From: Mobula hypostoma
Taxonomy: Eukaryota
Direction: 5' to 3'
Assembly: GCF_963921235.1 (NCBI RefSeq)
Contig: NC_086106.1
Coordinates: 53,072,001-53,136,000 of the forward strand
DNA length: 64,000 nt
The notes under the pieces: generated by a model
Told to the model about the DNA's origin: nothing
Databases searched by the model: none
Seen by the model: only the letters and a program-made list of their open reading frames with translations
Made by a program: the position numbers and the translations under genes
Shown here: positions 35,720-47,793 of the stretch, one piece after another
Position numbering within the stretch: position 1 is the first letter of the stretch
How the letters are laid out: the number at the start of each line of letters is the position of its first letter

Positions 35720-37315
35720 AGCGAGGTCTGTGTGAGAGTGGGAGCCGTTCCAAAGTAGATGTAAGGTTGAATTGGGCCAATTAGAAGAAGTGAGGTTTAA
35801 GGGAGGTGGCCATTATTGGAGTGGGACAGGGTTAGATTGGAGAAATGGGGCTTTGGTTCAAGCCTTTGGGAAGGAGATGCAGAGACCAAAGTCCCAGATG
35901 TTTTCAGAGGACTGGAAAATCGCAATTGTCACTCCTTGCTTTAAGAAGGAATGGAGGCAAAGGAAAGGAAATTATAGGCCAGTTAAGCTGACTTCAGTGG
36001 CAAGATTTTTGAGTCCACTATTAAGAATCAGTTTTCAAGATGCTTGAAGGCACATGATAAAATACGCCAAAGTCAGCATGGTTTCCTTAAGGGGAAATCT
36101 TGTTTAACAAATCTGTTGAAATTCTTTTAGGAAATAACAGAATAGGCAAAAGAGTCAGTGGATGTTTATTTGGCTTTTCAGAAACATTTGACAAGGTGGC
36201 GCACATGAGGCAGCTAAACAAGATAAGAGTCTATGTTGTTCCAGGAAAGATACTAGCAAGGATAGAAGAGTGGCTGACTGGCAGGAGGCAAAGAGTGGTA
36301 ATAGAAGGGGCCTTTTCTGATTAGCTGTTGGTGACTAGTGGTGCTCCATAGGGGTCACTTTTCACATTTATATGGCAGTGATCTGGACGCTGGAATTGAT
36401 GGCTTTGTAGCCAAGATTGGGGATGGTACAAAGATAGGTGCAGGGGCAAGTAGTCTTCAGGAAGCAGAGAGTCTACATGATAACTTCAACAGATTGGGAG
36501 AATGGGCAAAGAAACGGCAGATGGAATATAGTGTATAGGAAGTGTATGGTCATGCACTTTGGTAGAAGAAATAAAGGTATAGACTATTTTCTAAACAGGG
36601 AGCAAATTCAGAAATCAGAGGTGAAAAGGGACCTGGGAGTTCTAGTGCAGGATTCCATAATGTTTAACTTGCAGCTCGAGTCAGTAGTAAAGAAGGCAAA
36701 TGCAATTTTAGCATTCATTTTGAGAGGACTGAAGTATATATAATGCTCAGGCTTTGTAAGGTATTGGTCAGACTGCATTTGGAATATTGTGAGTAGTTTT
36801 GTTCTCCGTATCTAAGAAAGGATGTGCTGACATTGGAAAGGGTTGAGGAGGTTAACGAGAATTATTCTGGGGTTAACACATGAGAAGCATTTGATGGCTC
36901 CGGCTCTATCCTGTACTCGCTGGAGTTTAGAATAATGAGGGAGGGGGAATTCATTGAAACATGCCAAATATTGAAGCCCTAGATAGACTGGATGTGAAGA
37001 GGATGTTTCTAATTTTAAGGGAGTCAAGGACCAGAGTGCAAAGATGTCCCTTTAGAACAGAGATGAGGAATCTCTTTGGCCAGAAGGTGGTGAATGTATG
37101 GAATTTTTTGGCATGGACACCTTTGGAGGCGAAGTCATTGAGTCTATTTAAAATAGAGATTGATAGTTTCTTGATTAGACAGGCTGTCAAAGGTTATGTG
37201 GAGAAGGCAGGAGAATGAGGTTGAGAGGGATAATAAATCAACCATGCTGAAATGGCGGAGCAGACTCTATTGGTGAGTGGCCTAATTCTGCTCTTATGTT
37301 ATGACCTTATGGTCT
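35720..37315 (+). mobile_element. CR1 LINE relic (RT to 3' tail)
   Basis: EDWKIAIVTPCFKK..GNYRPVKLTSV, KCMVMHFG and DLGVLVQDS, then the CR1 tail. Confidence 0.88.
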
Positions 37316-37484
37316 GGAAGTTGAACTTGAAACTTTCCTGTTTTGAAACTGTTGGGGGATGCCATTTAAGCTAAACTGACAGCTTTTTCCTGGCATTTTC
37401 AGTTAGTAACGAAGGGACCAAGATTTTTTAAAATTCATTGCTTGAAACTTGTAATCTGATTTTTGAAATATCTGTATTTTGTAG

Positions 37485-37617
37485 GGATTTGACCAACTCC
37501 GAATTGAAGGTTTACTCTGCGATGTTACCTTGGTGCCAGGGGACGGTGATGAAGTATTTCCAGTCCATAGAGCAATGATGGCCTCCGCCAGTGACTATTT
37601 TAAGGCAATGTTCACAG
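37485..37617 (+). CDS. KLHL13: KLHL13 coding exon (BTB domain start, 133 bp)
   Basis: tttgtAG acceptor and ACAG|gtaaac donor. Translates [44 protein letters not shown] and is phase-compatible with the neighbouring exons. Confidence 0.96.
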
Positions 37618-38482
37618 GTAAACCACAGAAACATCATGTTGTTTGTGAAATGTAAGTTTATTATAAAATCATTCAATAACTACACAAGTGCTCAGAGCAC
37701 CCTCCTGAAAATATTGAAATTCTTCACACTTGTATTTGCCTTCACATTTTTTTCAAAGAACTGTAATGACCTAGTTGCAATGCATATACAGTAAGCACTT
37801 TGTGTTTAACACACTAATACCTTTAGGATTCATAAACCACTAAGATTGCTTTGGAGTCAGCAGGAATTAAAAATTGATTTCTAAAAAACTGTAAATAAAT
37901 TTGCAAAGAACATGGAGACACAAGAGACTACAGAGGAGGATCTTGACTGAAATAATTGACCATTCCTCTGCTCCATGGATTCTGCTTGACCCACTGAGTT
38001 CCTCCAGCAGTTTGTTTCTTGCAAGAATTTTACTTGGATGTCAAAAAAAAGTTTAGAAAGCGTTCTTAAACTTTTGCTTGTTGCAAAAACATTGAAGATT
38101 GGGAAGGGTGTTAACTATTGACAGCATTGAAGAGTATGTTTGCATGTCCACTTACTTTCTGTAGTTCATCTTTGAATCTGTGCCCACGTCTCAGCTTCCT
38201 GTACTTGTCCCATCAATTCCCAGTCTCTCCTCATTGTTTCTATCCAATCACCTTCAAAATCCAGTGTAAAGATATGGTTTGACTTCTGTCAGAACTTAAC
38301 TCCAGAGCTACTGAAGAAATCTGTTTGTATTTGTATTAATCAATCTGCACAGCAACTGGGTTGATGCATTTGAAGATTACAGACCATTAGTTGTTCATGA
38401 TTTTATTCACAAGTTTATTATTTCATTATTTCATGCAGTTAAAGAGGGCTAATCACTCATTTCTGTCTTACTAGAAATGTCT

Positions 38483-40085
38483 TTAAATCTTTTTATTGAA
38501 TACAAAAAGGTAAACCATATAAACATTAATACAATGTTAAAATATAATAGAATTCCAGAAGGTATCAATACCAAAAAAAATACTACAAACAATGTAATTT
38601 AAACATAAAAAACCAAGATAACATAATAGTATACTAAATTTTATATATATATCAATGGAAAAAAAAAGAAAAAAAAAAACCCCCAAAAAAAACCCACCGT
38701 GCAACTAACTAAAAGCAAAGCAAAGCAATGGGCTAACTTGAAACCAAACAGAGTTAAACTTAAAATCACGTCCTCAATCCCGACCTCCTTTAAAAACAGT
38801 GAAAAAAGACAAGAAGGGTATGTATTACATTAAATGAAAGTATCGAATAAAAGGTCCCCAAATCTGTTCAAATTTAAATGAAGAATCATAAAGGTTGCTT
38901 CTAATTTTCTCCAGATTCAAACATAAAATCGTCTGAGAGAACCAAAAAAAGGTAGTTGGAGCATTAAGCTCTTTCCAATGTTGTAAAATACACCTTTTCG
39001 CCATTAAAGTAAGAAATGCGATCATTCTACGGGCTGAAGGGGAAAGATTACTAGAAATTTTAGGAAGTCCAAAGATAGCCGTAATAGGGTGAGGAGAGAT
39101 ATCTATATTTAATACCTTAGAAATAATATTAAAAATATCTCTCCAAAAAGTTTCCAAAGTAGGACAAGACCAAAACATATGAGTTAAAGAGGCTATCTGC
39201 CCCGAACATCTATCACAAAAAGGATTAATATGCGAGTAAAAACGCGCTAACTTATCTTTGGACATATGTGCTCTATGAACCACTTTAAATTGAATTAGGG
39301 AATGTTTAGCACAAATAGAGGAAGTATTAACTAATTGTAAAATCTGCCCCCAATCATCCACAGAAATGGTGAGCCCCAATTCCTGTTCCCAATCTACCAT
39401 AATCTTATCAAATGGAGCTTTCCTAATAGAAAGCTTAAGTGGAGCATGATCCGAAATGGTTATAGAATCATAATCACATTTAATCACTGAAGGAATAAGA
39501 CGAGAATCAATAAAAAAAAATCAATTCTTGAATAGGAATGATGAACATGTGAAAAGAAGGAAAAATCTTTTTCCTGAGGATGCAGAAAACGCCAAATGTC
39601 CGTCGACCCAGAATCAGAAAGGAAAAAGTTAATCAAAGTTGCAGATTTATTAGGTAAGGTCCGTAAAGGAGCCGAACGGTCCAAAGCTGGAGACAAACAG
39701 GTATTAAGATCTCCGCCCCAGATCAATGAAAACTCGTTCAAATTCGGAAACTGATTAAACAATGATTTATAAAATTCCGGACAATCCATATTAGGAGCAT
39801 AAACATTAACCAAAACTACTTTTTTATTAAATAGTAAACCACTAACCAATAAAAATCTACCATTCGGATCAGAAATAATATCCTGTTGTATAAAAGTAAC
39901 TGAGGAATCTATAAAAATAGAGACGCCTCGAATCTTAGCATTGGAGTTCGAATGAAATTGTTGCCCCTTCCAGAATTTAAAAAAACGTAGTCTGTCCCCC
40001 CTCCGTACATGGGTCTCTTGTAAAAATAAAATTTGTGCTTTAAGTCTCCGGAACACTTTAAAAACTTTTTTCTTTTAATAGGATG
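38483..40085 (-). mobile_element. L1-clade LINE, 5'-truncated and internally deleted (APE endonuclease fused to C-terminal CCHC region, no RT)
   Basis: 11-bp TSD TAGAAATGTCT (38472-38482, 40086-40096). LQETH, NVYAPN, GGDLN, YSRID and SDH motifs, then CDRC..HMFWSC. GT-rich 3' UTR and AATAAA. Confidence 0.92.
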
Positions 40086-40158
40086 TAGAAATGTCTACTT
40101 GTTATGTTTGTACTTCAAGTAATTACCAACCTGAGGTTCATTTGTTTATTTTGGTCAG

Positions 40159-40355
40159 GTGGAATGAAAGAGCAGGACTTGATGTGCATTAAACTTCATG
40201 GAGTAAATCAGATAGGGCTCAAGAAAATCATTGATTTTATTTATACTGCAAAACTCTCCCTGAACATGGACAACCTCCAAGATACTTTGGAAGCAGCTAG
40301 CTTTCTGCAGATTTTGCCTGTCTTGGATTTCTGTAAAGTATTCCTTATATCAGGG
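40159..40355 (+). CDS. KLHL13: KLHL13 coding exon (BTB domain, 197 bp)
   Basis: ggtcAG acceptor and GGG|gtaagt donor. Translates [66 protein letters not shown]. Confidence 0.96.
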
Positions 40356-41215
40356 GTAAGTTTGTGCTTGATTTTTTTCCATTGTTAAAGCATTCGGTTT
40401 GCATTTTCTTAATACATTTAATGTTTGTTACCAGATTGATTTTGAAGCTAATTCCTGCGGTTATTTTATGACTTTTGTCAGTTTTCTGTGGCAGATTTCA
40501 AGTGGTGGTTGTGTATCATTTCTGTAAAATAAAAATGGTCATCAGTTTCTGTTTTGTATTTATTACATTCATCTTGTTTTATTTATGCTTTTTTAACAAT
40601 ATCTAATTTTATCTGTTCAGTATACTGAACAATGCCTCAGATTTCAATCTGATCTCTGGAGATTGTCTGGTGTCCAAAGCTAGTTATTTCAAATACTATT
40701 TCTAGAAATTAGTTAGCTTTTATCTGTTAAGATCTTGGTTCTGAAAACTTCTTCCAAATGGAACTGCTTCCAAATTGATGTCTGATAGTTTTACCTTATT
40801 CACTCGAGCTGCAGCACATAGCTCTCAATATGTTAAAAATTAGCAATCTCAGTCACTCATCGGCTCCTTTATTCTTAAAAATATTTCCTTCATGTACATG
40901 ATACTCTACTGAAGTAAAGTGTGTTGCATGTGTTGTTCAGTAAGATTCTAGTGGACAGCTTCAAGAAAAAATAAGAACTCTCTCTCTTAGTCCTTAAGAA
41001 AATTGTTAAGTATTTTCACTGATTGAAACTGAACTGCATTGATGCACAAAAGCATATATCTACTTTATTCTCGGGAAAACTGATGGTTGAAATGGAAGAG
41101 TATTCTTTCCTCAATACAACTCTTTTTCAATTCGATAAGAATTTTTATGAAAGTACTCAAAAACTAAACTGTAAATCAGAGAAATAAGTAATATACTTGA
41201 CTTTTTCCCCCCCAG

Positions 41216-42011
41216 GTATCACTTGAAAATTGTGTAGAAGTTGGAAGAATCGCCAATACCTATAACTTGACAGAAGTAGATAAATATGTAAATAACTTCA
41301 TTTTGAAGAATTTCCCAGCACTGCTGAGTACTGGTGAATTTATGAAACTTCCATTTGAGCGACTTGCCTTTGTGCTTTCAAGCAACAGCCTCAAAAATTG
41401 CACTGAACTTGAACTTTTCAAGTCTGCCTGCCGTTGGTTGAGATATGAGGACACACGGATGGATTTTGCCTCAAAGATAATGAAGAATGTTAGGTTTCCG
41501 CTAATGTCACCACAGGAGTTAATTAATCATGTTCAAACAGTGGATTTCATGAGAACAGACAACATTTGTGTCAATCTATTATTGGAAGCCAGTAACTATC
41601 AGATGATGCCATACATGCAACCTGTTATGCAGTCTGAGAGAACCTGTATCCGTTCAGATAACACACACTTAGTAACCTTGGGTGGAGTACTGAGACAACA
41701 GCTGGTTGTGAGCAAAGAGCTAAGATTGTATGATGAAAAGGCCCATGAATGGAAATCATTAGCTCCTATGGATGCACCAAGATACCAGCATGGCATTGCA
41801 GTGATCGGAAACTTCCTTTACGTTGTAGGTGGGCAGAGCAATTATGATACAAAAGGAAAGACCGCAGTTGACACTGTTTTCAGATATGACCCTCGGTACA
41901 ACAAATGGATGCAAGTAGCATCTTTAAATGAAAAGCGTACTTTCTTCCACCTAAGTGCTCTGAAAGGACACCTTTACGCAGTCGGTGGTAGAAATGCAGC
42001 TGGAGAATTGG
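41216..42011 (+). CDS. KLHL13: KLHL13 coding exon (BACK domain and first Kelch repeats, 796 bp)
   Basis: ccccAG acceptor and TTGG|gtaagt donor. Translates [24 protein letters not shown]...VRFPLM...[19 protein letters not shown]...[13 protein letters not shown], with Kelch GG/Y/W signatures. Confidence 0.97.
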
Positions 42012-42055
42012 GTAAGTATTTTTTCCTCCTTGGGATTTTTAAAATTTTCCCTCAT

Positions 42056-42341
42056 GGGTGCCATGACAGCGTCGTGGCTAGTGCAATACTATTACAGTTT
42101 AGGGCGTTTGAGTTCAGAGTTCAGTTCCGGCACCGTCTGTAAGGAGTCTCTGTACGTTCTCCCTTTGGAAAGCGTGGGTTTTCCCTGGGTGCTCCCGTCT
42201 CCTTCCACAGTTCAAAGATGTACCGGGTAGGTTAAATGGTCATTGTAAATTGTCCCGTGATTAAGTTAAGGTTAGACTGTTGTCAGAGCTTTCTAGGGAA
42301 GCATGGCTCGAAGGCCACACTGTATTGCTAAATAAATAAAA
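42056..42341 (+). mobile_element. tRNA-derived V-SINE (HE1-like)
   Basis: A/B-box-like head, V domain (gtaaggagt..gtacgttctccc..gcgtgggttttcc..gggtgctcc..tccacagttcaaagatgt) and (taaa)n tail. Confidence 0.75.
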
Positions 42342-42499
42342 TCAATGGATACCAATTACTTTATGAAGAAATTTCCTTTCATACGAGATTGTTCTATTGA
42401 AGCAGAAGAGACGGTCACTGAAATCTCCACAGCACATAAAGGTTTATTGTTTCATTATAAGGAGCTTCTATTCCTAATCTAACTTTAAACTATTAAATT

Positions 42500-44035
42500 G
42501 ATCCATAATTGTAAAAAAACTATAAATTACATTAAGAAATATATTTTATAAAAGAGCAAAAAAGAAAGAAAAAAATATTGATGTAGTGTACATAGATTCA
42601 TTGTCTATTCAGAAATCTGATGGCGGAAGGGAAGAAGCTGTTCCTAAAATGTTGCATGTGCGCCTTCGAGCTCCTGTACCTCCTCCCTAATGATAACAAT
42701 GAGAAGAGGGCATATCCTGGGTGATGGGCATCCTTAATGATGGATGCAGTCTTTTTTCAGGCATTGCCTTTTCAAGATGTTCTTGATGCTGGGGAGGCTA
42801 ATGCTTGTGATGGAACTGGCTGAGTTCATCGCTTTCTGCAGCTTTTGTTGGTCATGTGCAGCGGCCCCTTCATACCAGATGCAACCAGTTAGAATGCTTT
42901 CCATGATACATGTGTGAGTGTCATACCAAGTCTCCTTAAACACGTAATAAAATATAGCCACAGTTGTGTTTTCTTTGTAATTGTATCAATATATTGGGCC
43001 CAGATTAGATCTTCAGAGATGTTGCCACCCAGGAACTTGAAAATATGTATCCTTTCCACTGCTGTTCTCTCAGTGATGTAGTGTACATAGGTTCATTGTC
43101 CAATCAGAAATCTGATGGTGGAAGGGAAGATGTGTGTTCTCTCGATTTCCCCTTCCTGACGTCCACAATCATTTTATTGGTCCTACTGATGTTGAGTACA
43201 AGGTTGTTGCAACTCCACTGAACCAGCTGATCTATCACATTCTTGTATGCTTCCTCATCACCATCTAAAATTCTGCCAACAATAGTTGTGTTATTGGCAA
43301 ATTTATAGATGGCATCTTAGCTACACAGTCAAGGGTGTAGAAAGAGTAGAGCAATGTGCTAAGAACACATTCTTGAGGTGCACCAGTGTTGATTGTCAGT
43401 GAGGAGGCGATGCTAGTTCTGATCTGCACTTTGTGGTTTTCCAGTGAGGAAGTCAAGGATCCAGTTGTAGAGAGAGGTACAGAGGCCCAGGTTTTAGAAC
43501 TTGTTGATTAGTACTAAGGGTATGATGGTTTTGAAGGCTGAGCTATAACCAATGAACAGAAGTATGACGTAGGTATTAATATTGTCCTGGTGATCCAAGG
43601 CTGAGGAGAGCCAGAGAGATTGCATCTGCTGTAGACCTAATGTGGTGATAGGCAAATAGCAGTGGGTAAAGGTCCTTGCTTAGACAGGAGTTGATTCTGG
43701 CCATGACCAACCTCTCAAAGCACTTTATCACAGTAGCTGTGAGGGCAACTGGGTGGATCGTCATTGGGGCGGTCCACCCAGCTCTTCTTGAACACTGGTA
43801 AGATTTTGACATTTTGAAGCAGGTGGGAAATTCTGATTGCAGCAATGAGAGATTGAAGATGTTCTTGCCCAGTCCCACCAATCAGTTGGTGCAGGTTCTC
43901 AGTGCCCTATCAGGTACACCATCAGGGGCTGACTCCTTGCGATGGTTCACCCTCTTGAATTATGTTCTTACATCGGCCTCTAAGGTAGAGATCAGAGGCA
44001 TAAGATGCTACAGGGATTCACCCAGGTGTAATTTT
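42500..44035 (-). mobile_element. Rex1-type LINE RT/3' fragment
   Basis: Minus-strand peptides PVALTATVIKCFERLV, INTGAPQECVLS and MESILTGCIWY. Confidence 0.88.
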
Positions 44036-46200
44036 AGAGAGTCATAGAGAAGTACAACACGGGAACAGGGCCCATCTAGTCCATGCCAAAGACTTTAAAC
44101 TGCCTACTCCCATAGCCCTCCATACCCCTATTATCCATGTACCTATCCAAATTTCTCTTGAATGTTGAAATTGAGTTTGCATGGCAGCTTATTCCACACT
44201 CTTGTGACCCTCTTAGTGAAGAAGTTTCCCCTCATGTTCTCCTTATGTGAGATGTGAAGTTTTTCTCACATTTCACTCTTAAGACATGACCTCTGGTTGT
44301 GGTCCCACCCAATTTCTGTGGAAAAAAGCCAGACAGCATCCATAGGAAGAAGCACAGTTGATGTTTCGGTCTGAGACCCTGAAACGTCGACTGTGCTTCT
44401 TCCTATGGATGCTGTCTAGTCTGCTGCGTTTCACCGGCATTTTGTGTGTGATGCTTGAACTTCCAGCATCTGCAGATTTCCTCATGTTTGCATTCTGTGG
44501 AAAAAGCCTGGTTGTATTTACCCTATCTGTGCCCCTCATAACTTTGTTTACCTTTGTCAAATCTCTTCTCAATCTGCGTTCTAAAGAATGCAGTCCTAAC
44601 CTTTCCTCGTAACTCAGGTCCTCCAGGCTCAGCAACCTCCTTGTAAATTTTCTCAGCACTCTTTCAACCTTGTTTACATCTTTCCTATAGGTAGGTGACC
44701 AAAATTGCGCAAATACTCCAGATTAGCCCTCACCAATGCCTTATACAACTTCAACATAACTTTCCATCTTCTGTACTCGATATTGATTTACGAAACCCAA
44801 TGCGCCAAAAGCTTTCTTTACATCCTATCTAACTGTGATGCCACTATCAGCGAATTATGTACCTGTATTCCCAGGTCCCTTTGTTTTACCACACTCCTCA
44901 GTGTCCTACCGTTCACTGTGTAAGACCTACCCTGGTTTGTCGTACTGAAGTGCAAAACCTTGCACTTGTCTGTAATGAATTCCGTCTGTCATTTTTCAGC
45001 CCATTTTTCCAGCAGATGCAGATCCCTCTGCAAGTCATGATGGCCTTCCTCACTGTCCACTACATCCCCAATCTTGGCGTCATCTGCAAATCTGCTGATG
45101 CAATTAACCACATTATCATCCAGATCATTGATATAGATGACAAACAATAAAGGACCCAGCACCGATCCCTGAGGCACACCACTAATCAGAGAAGCAGTCC
45201 CCTACAACCACTCTCTGGCTTCTGCTGCAAAACCATTGTCTAGTCCAATTTACTACCTCATCTTGAATGCTAAATGACTGAAACTTCTTGACCAGCCTCC
45301 CTTGCGGGACCTTGTCAAATGCCTTGTCCATGTAGACACCATCCACAGCCTTGTCTTCATCCACTTTCCTGGTAACTTCCTCGAAAAACTCTACTATCAT
45401 ATTGGTTAGGCATGACCTACTACGCATGAAGCCATGCTGATTATCCTTAATCAGTCCACGTCTATCCAAATACTTATATATCCAGTCCCTTAGAATACCT
45501 TCCAATAACTTTCCCACAACTGATGTTAGACTCACCGGCCTACAATTTCTTGATTTCTGTTTAGAGCCATTTTTAAACAGTGGAACAACATTTGGCTATC
45601 CTCCAATCCTCTGTTACCTCTTCTGACGTTAAAGATGTTTTAAAAATCTCTGCTTGGGCCCCGGCAATTTCTGCACCTGTTTCCCGTAGGGTCCAAGGGA
45701 CACCTTGTTATGCCCTGATATGCCCCAGGGTAGCAAATACCTCCTCATCGGTAATCTGTACAGGGTCCATGAAGTTGATGCCACTTCTATAGACTCTGTA
45801 TCTGTCTCCCAAGTAAATACAGATGCAAAGGATGCATTTAAGATCTCCCCAATCTGTTTTGGCTCCACACATGGATTACCATTCTGGTCATCCGGGGACC
45901 CATTTTGTCCCTAGTAATCCTTTTGCTGTTAACATACCTTTAGAATTTCTTAGGATTCTCCTTCACCTTGTCTCATAGAGCAACTTCATGCCCTCTTTTA
46001 GCCTTCCTGATTTCTTTCTTAAGTGATTTCTTGTATTTCTTATACTCCATAAGCACCTCATTAGCTCTAACTTGTCTGTGCCTGTTATGCATCTCCTTTT
46101 TTCTCTTAACCAGGGCCTCAATATCTCTTGAAAACCAAGGTTCCCTCCACTTGTTACCTTTACCTTTTATTCTGACGGACAAATAGAAGCTTTGTACTCT
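44036..46200 (-). mobile_element. CR1 LINE relic (RT to 3' tail)
   Basis: Minus-strand peptides SLTSVVGKLLE, NQHGFMRSRSCLTN, KAFDKVP, PQGSVLGPLLFVIYINDLDD and FADD. Confidence 0.92.
44331..44492 (+). mobile_element. Fold-back mini-Penelope insertion (162 bp)
   Basis: About 16-bp TSD ttctgtggaaaaa(a)gcc (44314-44330, 44493-44508). Inverted arms agacagcatccataggaagaagcacagt / actgtgcttcttcctatggatgctgtct. Confidence 0.85.
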
Positions 46201-46249
46201 CATTCATTGTAGTCTTCATTCATTGCAGTCCTCACAATTGGCGTGGTTC

Positions 46250-46950
46250 ATTGAACATAGAACACTTCAACACAAGAACAGGTTCTTCATCTCATGATGT
46301 TGTAACTAACTAATTAATGACACCTCATTACTTCTACAGGTATATGATTTTTACTCCTCTGTTCTCTGAACTACTCCAGCTGAGGTTTGACCTGTGTTTT
46401 ACAAAGTTGGAGCATAACTTCTGTATTCAATGTCATAACTAATGAAGGCCCTTATCCCATATACTTTTCTATCCACCTGTGTTGACACCTTCAGGGATCC
46501 ACAGATATGAATCCTAGGTCCTTGTGTTCTTCAATATTTCCTAAAGCCCCAACATTCATGGAATATGCTCTATTCAATTGATGCTCCCAAGACACACCAC
46601 TTCACACTTGTCTGAATTAAACCCCATCTGGCATTTTATGGCCCATTTCACCAGCATATTGATATCTTTCTGCAACTTTTAGACCACCTTCCACACTTCA
46701 AAAATTCTACCAATCTTTGTGTCATCCACGAACACCCACATACAAATTCAGCTTATTCACGTACATTGCAAACATTAAGGATCCCAGCATTGATCCTTAT
46801 GGTATACCACTAGTTACTGGTGTCCAGTAATAAAAGCAGCTCTGTCCTATCACCCACTGTCTCCACGCCGAAGACAATTTTGCATCCAGTGTGCCAACTT
46901 GCCTTAGATCCCAAAGGCCCTAACTTTTTGAAGCATGTGGGACCCTGTTC
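46250..46950 (-). mobile_element. Old CR1/L2-type LINE fragment
   Basis: ctttgtgtcatccac (minus strand VDDTK) and ggatcccagcattgatccttatggtatacc (PxGSxLG region), heavily decayed. Confidence 0.65.
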
Positions 46951-47793
46951 TCTGATAGCTGGAGGATTGAGAGGTGTGGTCTTTGGTGATTTTTAGAGTG
47001 TAGTTCATGTTGCAGATCAGTGAATCTTTATTTTGGGATGCAAAAATTGGTGCCTGATTTCTAGTGTCACTAAATGGCCTAAATTGAAGGAATCAGAGGA
47101 ATCTTTCTTATGGGGGTTGCACATAATTAAAGTAATTGAAAGAAAGATTGCAGAAATGGCGTATTTGTAATTAAGACATAATGTAGACAGCACAGAACCC
47201 ATTACCTAAAGTTAACCGTAAGCTTACTAAAATCTTGGGATGCTTATGGTATTGATGTGCATGATTTCTGCTAATGCACAGAGGTGCATGGAACATTGCA
47301 AATATCTGCCAAATGTAGAGCATTGGTGAACAAAGGAATTTGATGAAGTAAGGTTGAGAATCTATTTTGGATATTTTTGAAAGGTTTCAAATAATAGAGA
47401 ACGCTGAATACAACAATAAGATTATTTAGGTGTAATTCAACCAGATATGTATCTGAAAAAGGAAGGAAGCAGAAATGCATGTTTTTTTTGTATGGATGCC
47501 TACAGTTTGTATACTTCATGGGAATTTCAGGATGCTTTATGAATCCTAAGGAACCATGTATACAGGGTATACCTACACTTGATCAGGATTTGTGAGCTTG
47601 AATGGCAGCTAGAGTCATTACCTGCCACTGAGAAGCGAAGCTCTTCTCTGGATCTTATTCCAGGAATTCCCACTCAAAACTGATGGCATTGGAAGCTTTT
47701 GGAGTTGATAAGCCCTGGATCTGATATCCAGAGCATGGTGCTACAGAGTAAATGACTGCACAGGGAAAATACAGCTTAGAAATATAGTAGCTA

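Noticed and set aside
41267-42142. ORF-track 291-aa ORF as a stand-alone Kelch gene
   Set aside because: It is an internal exon (41216-42011) read through the donor into intron and SINE sequence. The same applies to ORF 40104-40388.
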